DNA from: Perna viridis | Lineage: Eukaryota | NCBI GenBank assembly: GCA_037379345.1 | Contig: CM074516.1 | Location: 1,612,001-1,676,000, forward strand | Length of the DNA: 64,000 bases | Direction of reading: 5' to 3' | Part shown: positions 48,001 through 57,363 of the stretch, in pieces | How positions within the stretch are numbered: position 1 is the stretch's first letter | Layout: every line of letters begins with the position of its first letter | Translations under genes and position numbers: made by a program | The notes under the pieces: model-generated | The model's database searches: none | Seen by the model: the letters and a program-made list of their open reading frames with translations, nothing else | What the model was told of the DNA's origin: nothing

Positions 48001-51000
48001 ATGGCAGTTATATTTAAGTATTGTGTTGATCAAGAAAAACAATAAATGAAGTAAAATCAACATTTCGCTCTGCTTATTACTGCCTGAAGATGTAAAAACT
48101 TCACATACACACAAAAGAGAACCACTTACATTGCACAAATACAGTTGCTTACCGAAATAACATATATGATTATAGTGTAAAGCTATTATGGCAAAACCAG
48201 AATCTTGATATTTTGATCTAACAACTATTTTAAATCAATTCAGTCAGTAACCTTACTAAACTTGGTCAGTTTTACATGAAAGCATCTGTAGCATTGAATA
48301 AAACAAGAAGTAAACATTAAAAAAAAATAACAAGTTTGAAACTTACCATATAAAAGTTCCTCACTTATCTTAGGATTTTTATGGTGTCTGTTATAAAAAT
48401 TCTTCATTTACCAAATCTATACATGTACATGTACTTTTACAACATTCAATTTAAAGTAAAACATGTAGTTTTAGAAAGAAAGATGACAATGAGACGATTA
48501 AAATGATACCAAGATTGTAAAAATCGGTTGATTTTTAAGAAAGTTATTGCTGAAAATAAACTTTCTGGTTGCGGAATGGATATCAACGAGAGCAGCAGCC
48601 ATTTTTATTCAAAATGGCTGCCTTTCCTTTCGTCTCTCTTGTAATATACTACAGTACACAAATAAATAGTGTCATAATACAGGAAATAACAAAACATGAA
48701 AGGACTAGCTTAAAAAATCTGGACTAAGTGAAAGAAACAAACTGTTGTCATAATTTGGCGGCCATCTTGATTCAAAATGGCCGCCATTGCTCCATGACGA
48801 CACTCGAAACCAAAATAAAAATTTTGCTTATTCTATAATGACAATGCATGCCAATTTTCTTGATCGTATCTTTACTACTTTTAAAGACGTGATACATTAA
48901 GTGATATGGATTATTAGTCTTATACTGAATTGGTTGCACTGCACTACAGATACTATAGTGCCATTTTGCCATTATAGGATGAAATGGTAGAAGTGGGATA
49001 TAAAGTAGTTGATCAATCTTAAATTTTATGTTTGGATTGATTCTAAACACTTATATCTTGAAGAATTCTTGTAGTTCTCTTACGAATTAAGCCAAGAAAC
49101 AAGTTTGTAGTAAGCATTTTTTTTTTTTGGCAGGGGAAAAATGGTCATGGAGGCTGTTTCGACCCCATCAAAACAGACTTGCTGTAGTACTTGGGTTGGT
49201 TATATTTCTGAAAGAGGAAAAGGCTGGGTCATAATACATAGTAATTTCAATAAAAAGACTCCATTCTTTGAGAAAATAAATGTTGAATGATGTCATTTCA
49301 ATAATGGCTTCAGTATTTGCCTTCAAAAAATGGCTTAAAGTAATTTTCTGAATTCATTGCGAGTGGAAAAAAGGGGGGATGATTTTGGGACTTTAAAAAT
49401 GTCATAACTTTGCAACCCCTTGTTCGATTTCAGTAAATGAGGGCTCAAAATGCTGGTCTAAAGAAGTTCTATCTATTAAGCATAAAATAATCACCACATT
49501 TCTTAAAAATATAGATACATGGACTCTCTACATGTGAAGGTAATCTGACATTTGATGAGTGTAGTAAAGTGTTGAGCAGGATGCAAAATGGAAAAAGTCC
49601 TGGCTCTGACGATTTTTCAGTTGATTTTTATAAATTTTTGTGGAAAGATATTCCTTCCTATTTAGATCACTAAGATATGGCTACAATTCAGGAGCTTTTT
49701 CAAATTTTCAAAACCAAAGTATTATAACCTGCATTCCTAAGGAAGGGAAAGATAGAAGATTCATAAAAAATTGGAGACCAATAAGTCTGATGAACACTGA
49801 TATGAAAACAGCATCAACTGTCATTTCCTTTCGATTTAAACAGGTTCTTTCTTCCATTATTACTGATTCTCAAAAAAGTTTTTTGGAAAATAGATTCATT
49901 GGAGAGAATACCAGATTACTCTACGACCTGATGCATTATTTAGAAGAAAATTATGAGGAAGGTCTATTGTTGCTTATTGATTTTGAGAAGGCTTTTGATT
50001 CAATTGAATGGGATTTCATTAAAAAAAAAAACACTACAAAGTTTTAATTCTGGTGAATCTATTTGTAATTGGGTTGATATTTTATATAAAGGGGCAAAAA
50101 GTTGTGTGATAAATTATGGAGACTTATCAAATTTCTTTCAATTAGAAAGAGGTTGTCGTCAAGGTGAGCCTCTCTCACCTTACTTGTTTATAATTGGAGT
50201 CAAACTGTTAGCTATGTAGCTTAAATTAACATCTGATATAAAAGGAGTACACGTGGCTGACTGTAAACCCACAGTAAGCCAATATGCAGATGATACATTT
50301 TTATTACTAGATGGTAGAGATTCATCTTTAAGAGAATCACTGAAATGAATTAATGATTTTTATTTGATATCTGGGCTGAGAATGAACACTTCAAAGACAA
50401 AAGTGTCATGGGTAGGTAGTAAAAAGTTTTCAAATTTGATCTTATGTCCTGACATTGAACTTGATTGGTCATTTTCAAATTTTAGGTATCTTGGCATAGA
50501 TTTTTCATTAGATTTAAGCTCAATGGTATTATTGAATTTTAAAAGGAAAATAAGAATATTAAAAGGTTTACTGAAAAGCTGGCAACATAGGAAGCTGACA
50601 CTTCAGGGTAAAATCATGGTAATAAAAAATCTAGCAATTCCAAAGCTTATACATTTATTTACAGCATTGCCTAATATGAATCAATCTTTGATTAATGACT
50701 TAGATAGAATGTTTTACAGTTTTATATGGGATGGAAAAACAGAAAAGATAAAGCGTAAAACACTCAAAAGATTGGGGATTAAAGATGGTCCATCTACATT
50801 CTTTTATTATGTACCTGTATTTGAAAATTGGCTGGGTGAGAAGGCTCTTTTTACAAAAAGAAGGAAAGTGGCAAAGCTTGCTTAATAATGAATTAAAAGA
50901 CTTTTGGGGGGGGGGGGGTTGAGAACCTTTTCATTACAAAACAGGAAGTTATTAGAAGTATCACAAAATATTAAAAATCCGTTTTGGAAAGATGTGTTTT

Positions 51001-54000
51001 ATGCCATATCGTTATCTAAACCATTACAGAAACTTACAGATATTAATGAGTGCTTAAGCTTAGATATTTTAAATTTTGTGCCTTTACAAGATTTTTCTTA
51101 CTTTATTAAGTGGGAAGATTCAAATGTCAAATATCTTAGTGATGTATTTGATATAGTGGGGAAAAATTCCTCATCTTTACAGAACTGAGTGCAAGGTACA
51201 TACACAAAACTTTGTGAAATATTTTTCCTTAATATCAAGTATTCCTACTGACTTAAGACAATTTATTAAAAAAAAATGTAGACAACACAGTGATACACAC
51301 TCTTGAGGATTCATTTTTGACAATGCTTGTTAATAATAAATGTATAGATTTATTTATCGTCATTTAGTGAAATTACAATGCTATCTTCCCCATGAAAAAT
51401 CTTTAAAATGGGAAAGTGAATTGTATACTGAAATTCCAGATTAAAAATATTTTGTTCTGAATATGAAGTGTTGTAGTAATGTTTATCTTGCCAATTTCCA
51501 ATACAAGTTTTTACATAGAGTTGTACCTACAATTATGTTTTTGTATAAGATTCATATAAAAGATTCAAATTTGTGTTCTTTTTGTAACCAGAGTATAGAG
51601 ACTATAGAACATCTGTTTTTTGACTGCTTAGTCACTTCAAAATGTCTTATATGACTTTCAGATTTTTCTTAGAAAATATTATTCTGATTTTGTTATGAAA
51701 AAAATCACTTTCTTTTTTGGTGTTCCTGAGGCAGATATCAAATTAAATCTTTTGTTATTTATTGGAAAACAGTACATATTCAAATGTTAATTGGAAGAAA
51801 AACTGCCTAACATTGTTGGTTTAAAGCAAAGAATTTGACATCAGTATCGCATTGAACATTTTATTGCCAAGAAAAATAATGTTTTGCTTAAATTTGAGAA
51901 GATATGGGCCCCTATTAGAAATATTTCAGATATTTGATAACTAAAAATGTGCTTATTAGACTTTAAAATACAAGACAATATATTTCATCTTTTCTTATTT
52001 CAAATTAAAAATTAAAATGTATGTATCATAGAATGATTGTCTTTTGAGCATGACAGAGTGTGAGAGTGAGAGTGAATAAGTATGATAAAAGTAGTCTTTC
52101 AAATTAATATAATACAGTGAGGATTATCTACATGTTTACAAAACCCCACTACACTCCAGTCAGGTAGTGATGTAGGGGAATGCTGTAAAACCCTGACTAT
52201 ATTCAAAAAGAAATAAAATTAAAAAATTTTTTTAGCTTAACCTCACGGATTTGAGATATATGCAAAAACTACTGTTTGACCCCTATGTTCTAGTTTTTAG
52301 TAACGGTGCTTGTGTTTTTCGAAAGATCAAAATTCCCTACATCAGTTCTATGCAGAATACCCCAAGGAACAGTCATACTAAGTTTGGTTTCAATTGGTCA
52401 AGTAGTGTCAGAGGAGAAGATTTTTGAAAGAAATAACATTAAAAATAGCAAAATTGATGAAAAAGGGCAATAACTCCAACATGGCGTAACAGAATAAAAC
52501 CAAAATTTGACCAGAGATAGATCTCATCATGCTGAACTCTTTAACCTAGTCAGAATTTAGCTAAACCGAACGGATTGGAGATATATGCAAACACTTCTGT
52601 CTGACCCCTATGTTCTACTTTTAGTAACAGCGGCCATGTTTTTTGACAAATCAAAATTCCCTACATCAGTTCTATGTGGGATACCCTAAGAAACTTTCAT
52701 ACCAAGTTTGGTTCCAAATAGTCATGTACTTTTAGAGGAGAAGAATTTTGTATAATTGTTAAATATGACGGCGACGACAGACACCAAGTGATGGCAATAG
52801 CTCACTTGGCCTTTGGCCAGATGAGCTAAAAATGCACCAAAAATATGGCACTATCATAGCAAATGGTCCGGTTTCACTAATTTTTCAATGAATAAATTTC
52901 CTTGGCCGTTTCTGCCTTTTTTTAAAAGAGTAAAACTTCATAACACGGAGACATAAAATTTGACATTTATACAAATCGAAAGGGAGCTCATATCAATAGA
53001 TATGAACAATCCAACAAAGTTTCATAAAAGTCAGTGAAAGTGTTTTTGAGTTATTGTGCAAAAACTTGAAAATCCCCCTTTTTTAAGTATAAAAATTCAT
53101 GGAACACGGAAAACACACACGGAAACGAAAAACCTGAAATTTAAAAAAATTGAAAGGGTATTTACGTCAATAGATATGAACAATTCACCAAAGTTTCATA
53201 AAAGCTGGTGTAAGTGTTTTTTAGTTATTGTCCAAAGTGTTGACGACAGACGGACAGACAGACAATGGTATACCATAATACATCCTGTCTTAGACGGGCG
53301 TATAAAAATTAATAATGCCATTTAACTCAGTGGCCTTAAAAGATCCACTAAAAAGGAGTTGTTACTGTTTTGTTCATTTCCGCACTGTGGGAAGCTTTAA
53401 CCCTAATGTGCACGTCTTGGTCCATGCTCCCAGTTTTTAGTTGAGTCCGTATAGCTCATTTGCTTTTGTTGCTTTATACGAGTTTTTTTTTTTTTTTTTG
53501 TTATTTTATGTTCTTTGTTATGTGTGTAGGTTTTCCCTGTCTGGTGTATATCCCTGATTATTACAACCTTTTGATTTCTGCCAAAATCTTGGTTCCCTTG
53601 ATTATTCTTACATACTATAACCTCTGGAAATGTGTTAAATCAGTATTACAGCACAAATAATGATAATGTTCAAGGGACATAGGTGGTTTTCCCTTTATTA
53701 AAGGACAAATCCTCCGATGAACTGCCTTTCGTTAAGATATAGAACTGGATTGTTGACAAGTAGATTTTAACTTTCAAACATTATTTCTATGTTAGATAAA
53801 ACATTCATTCTAGCTATAGAGATCATGCACTAGGCCTAGATTCTAGTTATTATTATGTTGTTGAACTGATTCATAACTTCTATATTCTATAGACATGATG
53901 ATAACATCATTGTTCTGAATGAATGTTGAATGTTTCATTGACATCCAAGACCAACGCCGACACAGAAAGTAGTGAAAGGAAAAACTGACTTTATGACAGG

Positions 54001-54834
54001 TCAAACAACTTGACAAACTAGAAGCCCTGTTTATCACAGAAGCCCCTGTCTCATTTGTTAGCAGTGATTATTTTTAAGTCAAATGTTGTCATGTAGAAAT
54101 GTACTTTACTCAAGTGCTTGAGGACATGTATTCAATCCAAGGAAAATTAAAAAGTTTAAAAGTAACAAGTGTGGGTTATTTCAGAGATAGATAGACAAAT
54201 TGGTGGCTCTAATTCAGAATACAAAGTCTAAGCAGGATGACATGCTATGCTGTAAGTTGTTTGTTCTGTGGGATAGGGCAATAAAAATTTGGCTCAGTAT
54301 GTCGATCAAATACGTCGAATACACGGCGAGGTGTGTGTTTGAATGACCAACGTACTTGTTTTGAAAAACATGCAATATCTGCAATTGGACATTTAACTGT
54401 AATAAATCAACCAGTCACTCTATGATAACAACCACCAAAACAGCACTAGGGTAAAATTAAAGCAGCATAGTACTATGATGCTATAATGCCGAGGAAAAAT
54501 ACTGCTCCATATAAGTGAACATGTAAAAGACATATTTTACCTTTTGAAGTTGATGATGAAAAGAACATTTCAACCTCTATTCTGTTTCTTGTGGTTGTCT
54601 CAAGGTCTGTGATTTCTGCAAACTGCCTAATAAAGTCTTCAGGTTTAACTTCAAACCCAATATCAAGGATATCCTTCTGAATTGTTGATGTAATTACCAC
54701 AATTGATCCTTCATAAACAAATTCTATTTTGTAGTCAGCAATCATTGAAATTCCTTTTAACTTTTTTATCATATCTTGTTTATTCCAGTTTCCGGGGTTT
54801 TTGAATTTCCAAGCAATATAACACTTTCCATTAC
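4261..54834 (-). CDS. Spliced gene model: GSI-motif domain - HEPN-like - coiled coil - nSTAND3 NTPase - ankyrin repeats (NLR/STAND-like receptor); 5' end not established
   Basis: Exons 54541-54834, [38853-38888, 32770-32805, 26681-26716], 23784-24199, 21877-22045, 16679-16869, 13268-13316, 12502-12537 and 4261-6077 all have canonical AG/GT ends and matching phases. They join into one stop-free frame of about 1000 aa or more. Confidence 0.8.
6940..8026. repeat. 26-bp satellite, block 1 (tgttgtcatagtcctcaatgtctata)n
   Basis: Clear 26-bp periodicity, with degenerate monomers extending left to ~6730. Confidence 0.95.
8027..8672. mobile_element. MITE, 646 bp, with 16-bp perfect TIRs and a 3-bp TSD (TAT)
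   Basis: gccagcactccacagt (8027-8042) and actgtggagtgctggc (8657-8672). Removing the element and one tat restores the satellite monomer gtctatatattgtcatag. Confidence 0.9.
8673..11910. repeat. 26-bp satellite, block 2, with higher-order structure and a variant monomer at the right end
   Basis: Same monomer as block 1. From ~11395 it shifts to tgttgtcttagtcccttgtgtctata. Confidence 0.95.
11960..12425. repeat. Degenerate GT-rich ~41-bp tandem repeat
   Basis: Recurrent tggttttgtcttgttcttggtgtgttgatgttgtgtttgta. Confidence 0.7.
12502..12537 (-). CDS. 36-nt microexon, phase 1-1: (D)KVEDSVPNHMK(E)
   Basis: atttctttttcag|ACAAAG...ATGAAAG|gtaaaa; joins in frame to the NTPase exon (E-KYQGYIERW). 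Confidence 0.8.
12545..13110. repeat. ~95-bp tandem repeat, ~6 copies
   Basis: ctggaagggta-like anchors at ~12618, 12715, 12811, 12901, 12998 and 13090. Confidence 0.85.
13268..13316 (-). CDS. 49-nt exon, phase 0-1: EILQNKRSIAKIKEEM
   Basis: ttctgttttcag|GAAATC...GAAATGG|gtaaga; its phases fit both neighbouring exons. Confidence 0.8.
16679..16869 (-). CDS. 191-nt exon, phase 1-0: helical/coiled-coil linker (G)EKFIDGTTSVVLAEIITDVKALIKDAEGIVVDTPEKIQKLKDELNGAEQKLLNLSFRLQQTEQ
   Basis: ttctacttaag|GTGAAAAG...GAACAA|gtatgt; 63 open codons with a heptad-like pattern. Confidence 0.85.
19000..19117. repeat. 62-bp tandem duplication
   Basis: ctctgcacactggtaacaaaatac.atg.gt..taagggcctccttgtc occurs at 19000 and 19062. 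Confidence 0.8.
19186..20814. repeat. 34-bp minisatellite (tttataattaacctatccaccaccattatcattg)n, ~48 copies
   Basis: Highly homogeneous head-to-tail monomers with no spacers. Confidence 0.97.
21877..22045 (-). CDS. 169-nt exon, phase 0-1: C-terminal half of the HEPN-like domain, VHSEIWNPWTHCDFTQWDKAKYKESLDLMEELVWNLGLSIEKENDTIAELERWHCN(G)
   Basis: atatattttag|GTTCAT...TGCAATG|gtaaaa. The NPWxH motif lies where the HEPN Rx4H motif is expected. Confidence 0.88.
23031..23278. repeat. 42-bp minisatellite, ~5.5 copies
   Basis: atgaatggagatttatctgtaatgcctcattatggaagaacc is repeated. Confidence 0.9.
23784..24199 (-). CDS. 416-nt exon, phase 1-0: N-terminal part of the HEPN-like domain (KRWLLVGIGLHTVIIPALRKYV...CDLSALL...FAER)
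   Basis: tctttttacag|GTGATC...GAAAGG|gtatgt, lying inside ORF 23640-24227. Joins in frame to exon 21877-22045. Confidence 0.9.
24277..25162 (-). mobile_element. Apparently complete non-autonomous Helentron/DINE-like element
   Basis: The minus strand starts ttttagctcacctagccaaaggccatgtgagcta and ends aggtgagcgattcaggctactgggagcctcttgtt (subterminal inverted repeat plus 3' hairpin, T-rich flanks). It has internal tandem cores ~315 bp apart. Confidence 0.7.
26299..26593. repeat. 59-bp minisatellite, 5 copies (also 32388-32682, 38471-38765 and a partial array at 44551-44695)
   Basis: tagagactggtataaggacctattagtctttgtcagcccagtatagactatctctatat is repeated. Confidence 0.93.
26681..26716 (-). CDS. 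36-nt microexon, phase 1-1: (D)EQKDRVQKRLK, in repeat unit 1
   Basis: atttcttttttcag|ACGAACAAAAAGATAGAGTCCAGAAACGTTTGAAAG|gtatga. Open in phase 1, and its flanks resemble those of microexon 12502-12537. Confidence 0.7.
27467..28631 (-). mobile_element. Helentron/DINE-like element, part left of the LINE insertion (repeated at 33551-34714 and 39632-40795)
   Basis: Begins aacaagaggctcccag like the element at 24277, shares its internal cores, and is interrupted at gtcagaatttagctt. Confidence 0.7.
28632..32345 (+). mobile_element. L1/Tx1-clade LINE 5' half, copy 1 (decayed ORF1 ~28939-29900; ORF2 endonuclease region from ~30954)
   Basis: ORF1 has a coiled coil, QYCRKFNIKVMNFPE and IHRIPG..RPILVKL. 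ORF2 has APE motifs SMNVRGL, CLQETH, YFSHG and GDWN and runs to KSPGSD. Contains stops and frameshifts. Confidence 0.9.
32770..32805 (-). CDS. 36-nt microexon (D)EQKDRVQKRLK, in repeat unit 2
   Basis: Sequence and splice sites identical to 26681-26716. Confidence 0.62.
34715..38428 (+). mobile_element. L1/Tx1-clade LINE 5' half, copy 2
   Basis: Same ORF1 and endonuclease fragments (35176-35983, 36923-38468 in the ORF track). Confidence 0.9.
38431..44510. repeat. ~6.08-kb segmental tandem repeat, copy 3 (6080 bp)
   Basis: Near-identical to copies 1 and 2. It retains TGG at 43267 and 43657 where copies 1 and 2 have TAG. Confidence 0.97.
38853..38888 (-). CDS. 36-nt microexon (D)EQKDRVQKRLK, in repeat unit 3
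   Basis: Sequence and splice sites identical to 26681-26716. Confidence 0.62.
44702..47409 (+). pseudogene. hAT-like DDE transposase pseudogene (one frameshift at ~45349, one stop at 47155)
   Basis: LHTDGT (first Asp), KNLMT[D]RH (second Asp, lost at the frameshift), CNLH (CxxH), TGPLWR and TTNIISERDFANLD (Glu; hAT ER.F pattern). A C-terminal VAVAY..*YPG..FKWP..D module continues in frame past the TAG. Confidence 0.8.
48595..48786. promoter_or_regulatory. Two palindromic pairs of YY1-like GCCATNTT motifs inside the transposon
   Basis: gcagccatttt-tattc-aaaatggctgc (48595-48621) and tggcggccatcttga-t-tcaaaatggccgcca (48756-48786). Confidence 0.4.
49613..51938 (+). pseudogene. LINE ORF2 reverse transcriptase and C-terminal region (fragmented)
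   Basis: ORF fragments 49640-50047, 49953-50219, 50364-50885, 50904-51188 and 51463-51654 carry the RT and zinc-knuckle motifs in the expected order. Confidence 0.9.
52231..52832 (-). mobile_element. Helentron/DINE-like element, part right of the LINE insertion
   Basis: Resumes tttagcttaacctcacggatttgagatatatgc; the uninterrupted sister core at ~52550 reads gaatttagctaaaccgaacggattggagatatatgc. Ends tagctcacttggcctttggccagatgagctaaaa. Confidence 0.75.
52900..53310 (-). mobile_element. Second Helentron/DINE-like family fragment
   Basis: Internal tandem units (tcaatagatatgaacaat..caaagtttcataaaag), a gacagacggacagaca microsatellite and a terminal hairpin cctgtcttagacggg followed by tataaaaa. 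Confidence 0.5.
54541..54834 (-). CDS. 294-nt exon, phase 1-1: alpha/beta domain with GSI motif (NGKCYIAWKFKNPGNWNKQDMIKKLKGISMIADYKIEFVYEGSIVVITST...SSSTSK)
   Basis: atatattttgcag|GTAATGG...TCAAAAG|gtaaaa. 98 codons, open, and phase-compatible with the downstream exons. Confidence 0.8.
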
Positions 54835-56090
54835 CTGCAAAATATATGAATTATGGGTCAAGGCATGAGTTGGTCTGAAAACTGGGAACAGATCTAGAGG
54901 TACAATTTAATTTGGCCTAATTTCCCAGTACTGCACTTGTTAAAATTCTAAGTCGCTTGTATAAGAAAGTAGATAATCTAGAAAGATGAAAGGGGAGATA
55001 AGTCATCAGTCTTAAGCCATATACCAAAAATCTAATCATTCCTTCCTATTGGAGCTGAGAAATCTGCGATAATGTAAAAATAAGTCGCTCAGAAAACAAG
55101 AAGTAGATAATCTGGAACAAAGAGACACATAAAAAGTTATTATGGGTAAACAATATACAAAATACTAGCCATTCTCTCCAGTAGAAGCCAAGAAATCTGT
55201 GACAGAAGTATTTGTTGTGGGTGAAATGACGGATATCACTATACACCCCTACTTTCCAAGCGGAGGGTATAAAAGCATGGTGGTGTGGAATTGTGACAAT
55301 AATATAAGTTGCACACTAATCACTCATTACAACCTGTTTTGAAGAAATACCATGTCAAATTTCAAGTTACTTCAATGACTGGTTACAAGATTTAGGCAGA
55401 CAAATATTATGAAATAGACATAAATTCTTGTGTATACACTTACCTATTGACAGGAGCAAATCTTAGAAAAAAACATGACTTATCCTTATTTAAAACTAGC
55501 TTATATCTAAATCTATTTATTTTTATTTCTAATTTTCTAAAATTAATAACAACCTCATAGCCTGTTGAGACCTATACAATTGAGAACTGATGTGGTGGAC
55601 ATATGAGCAGGCTATCGATTTTTGAGAATTTAATGCATAGGAATAAAATACGGCTAAATTATATATTGATGGAAAGCTTATTTTAAGCCCTATCGAAATA
55701 TCGATGTCATACTCATCAATTGTTGTCACGTCTCTAACAAAATGGGGTCAAATGTTGTACCATATTTGTATGACTCACTTCCCTTTGCTAGTAAGAAAAG
55801 TCCCCAATTTTTTATGTCATATCAGCTAAAATTTCATCTCGTACAAGAATCAATAGCTATATTTTAGACAAACTAGCATATATTGCCGTCCTCAGCAGTT
55901 TTGATAAACATGCCAAAAACTTTTAAATTTTAGCAGTACAAAATGAAAGACCGACCTTGACCTTTGAGGTATCGCGATGCAAAATTAGAAACTAAATGTT
56001 TAAAAAGCATATTCTGAAATTGTTTTTTAATATCTAACATTTGCAGTAAAATATTGAATTTTCTATTTTAATAGCAGCATCAAAAGTATT

Positions 56091-56174
56091 ATTTCACCAT
56101 TAGTTCAAATACAAGTTCCCATTTGGTTCATTTCACCATTAGTTCAAATACAAGTTCCCATTTGGTTCATTTCA
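56091..56174. repeat. 39-bp perfect tandem duplication
   Basis: atttcaccattagttcaaatacaagttcccatttggttc occurs twice. Confidence 0.85.
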
Positions 56175-57121
56175 AAGATATTCTTATAATACTAAACTAA
56201 ACTGTTTTATATAAACACCTCAATTCTTGACAAAATTTGTAATAAACATGTCTATAATTTCTTGTTGTACGGGCTAAAACGAAAACTAACGTTTTAGTTG
56301 AGAAACAGAAAGCATGTATTAATTATGAAAAAAAGACAAAACCAATAATGCAATAAATCCAACACGAAGAAAATAGCAGAAACAACGTTTCATTATTTGC
56401 CGAAGTTGATTTTATTGCACATTACGAAACAGTGCATTACTGTATACTAATTGGTTTTTTTTTTTTTATTCCATATTGCCTATATTAGTCTTAAACACGA
56501 CAGTACAAGCCTCATTCATTTTATTGTATAATGGTACATTTGTACCAGGTTTTTGGAAGGTCATGCAATACAAAAAAAAATGCACCACAAAGACACTTTT
56601 TCTGACCAGTTTGTTTATTTTTATCAGCAGCAAGTTTTTCTCGGTTTGAAAAGCTTATTAGCTGTTGACTTGGAATAATTTCTTGAAAATAAAAACATAA
56701 CTTTTACTAATAGTTCCCAGGTGTTGAAAGAATAGGTTCTGAACAGATTTAAGCTGTTGTAAATTGAAAGTGAGTAAAAGTAATATACTTTTTGGCTGGT
56801 AAACTCATATCCTTCACACAGACCTGTTATGAAAGTACATTTTGTGATTGAATAATGGGGTAGCTTTTGATATGAAGCCGGCATGTCAGGTAATGAGAAT
56901 ATCTTTGCGGAAAATAAAGAATATTTCAATGTTATTGCACCGACCTCTTGGCAGGATAGGATATATTCTAATCCTTCGTATACCAACCTAACATATTTCA
57001 TATTATTAATAATTTTTCTGCTTCAAAAGAACTAAAACAAATAAATGGACTTCAGGGAGGCTTGGATGTTTGAGAAGATATCCAAACAGAAGTAAATATA
57101 GATATAAATACTTGTTGCTTG

Positions 57122-57276
57122 CAATGGCGGATCCAGGGGGCTGGGGGCCCATGGCCCCCTTTAGAAAAAAAACTGTTGAAAGATTGTGTGTGTTAAAGTA
57201 CCCCACCGGTGATCCTGTCAAGAATTTTATTTTTGCATCCCCCCCTACTAACCCAAAACAGTGGTTTCGCCACTGG
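57122..57276. mobile_element. Small degenerate MITE (ca.tggcggatcca...tggtttcgccactg)
   Basis: Imperfect terminal inverted repeats and a GC-rich body. A related end, ctggatccgccagtg, occurs at ~2547. Confidence 0.45.
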
Positions 57277-57330
57277 CTTGGGTGTGAGTTAACATGATAA
57301 ATATGAATATTTAAATGTTGTCAATCTTAC

Positions 57331-57363
57331 TCCTAGTGTGTTTAGATAATGTTCCCTTTGAGT
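57331..57363 (-). CDS. Candidate 33-nt exon, phase 1-1: (D)SKGTLSKHTR
   Basis: tttgctttatcattag|ACTCAAAG...ACTAGGA|gtaaga; open in the phase the gene model requires. Confidence 0.5.

Larger units (their letters stand above)
44696..49530 (+). mobile_element. 5'-truncated hAT-like DNA transposon; right end apparently intact (...ggactctcta)
   Basis: Carries a DDE-type transposase and ends abruptly in CTA against LINE sequence catgtgaagg. No matching left TIR is visible. Confidence 0.7.
40796..52230 (+). mobile_element. Full-length decayed L1/Tx1-clade LINE (40796-44508 plus 49531-52230), interrupted by 44509-49530
   Basis: TSD tttagctt at 40788-40795 and 52231-52238, with an A-rich 3' tail. 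ORF1 is ~41103-42064 and the ORF2 endonuclease starts at ~43117. RT motifs KNWRPISLMN, IDFEKAFD, GCRQGEPLSP and QYADDT (50280-50297); C-terminal CSFC..ETIEHLFFDC zinc knuckle. Confidence 0.92.
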
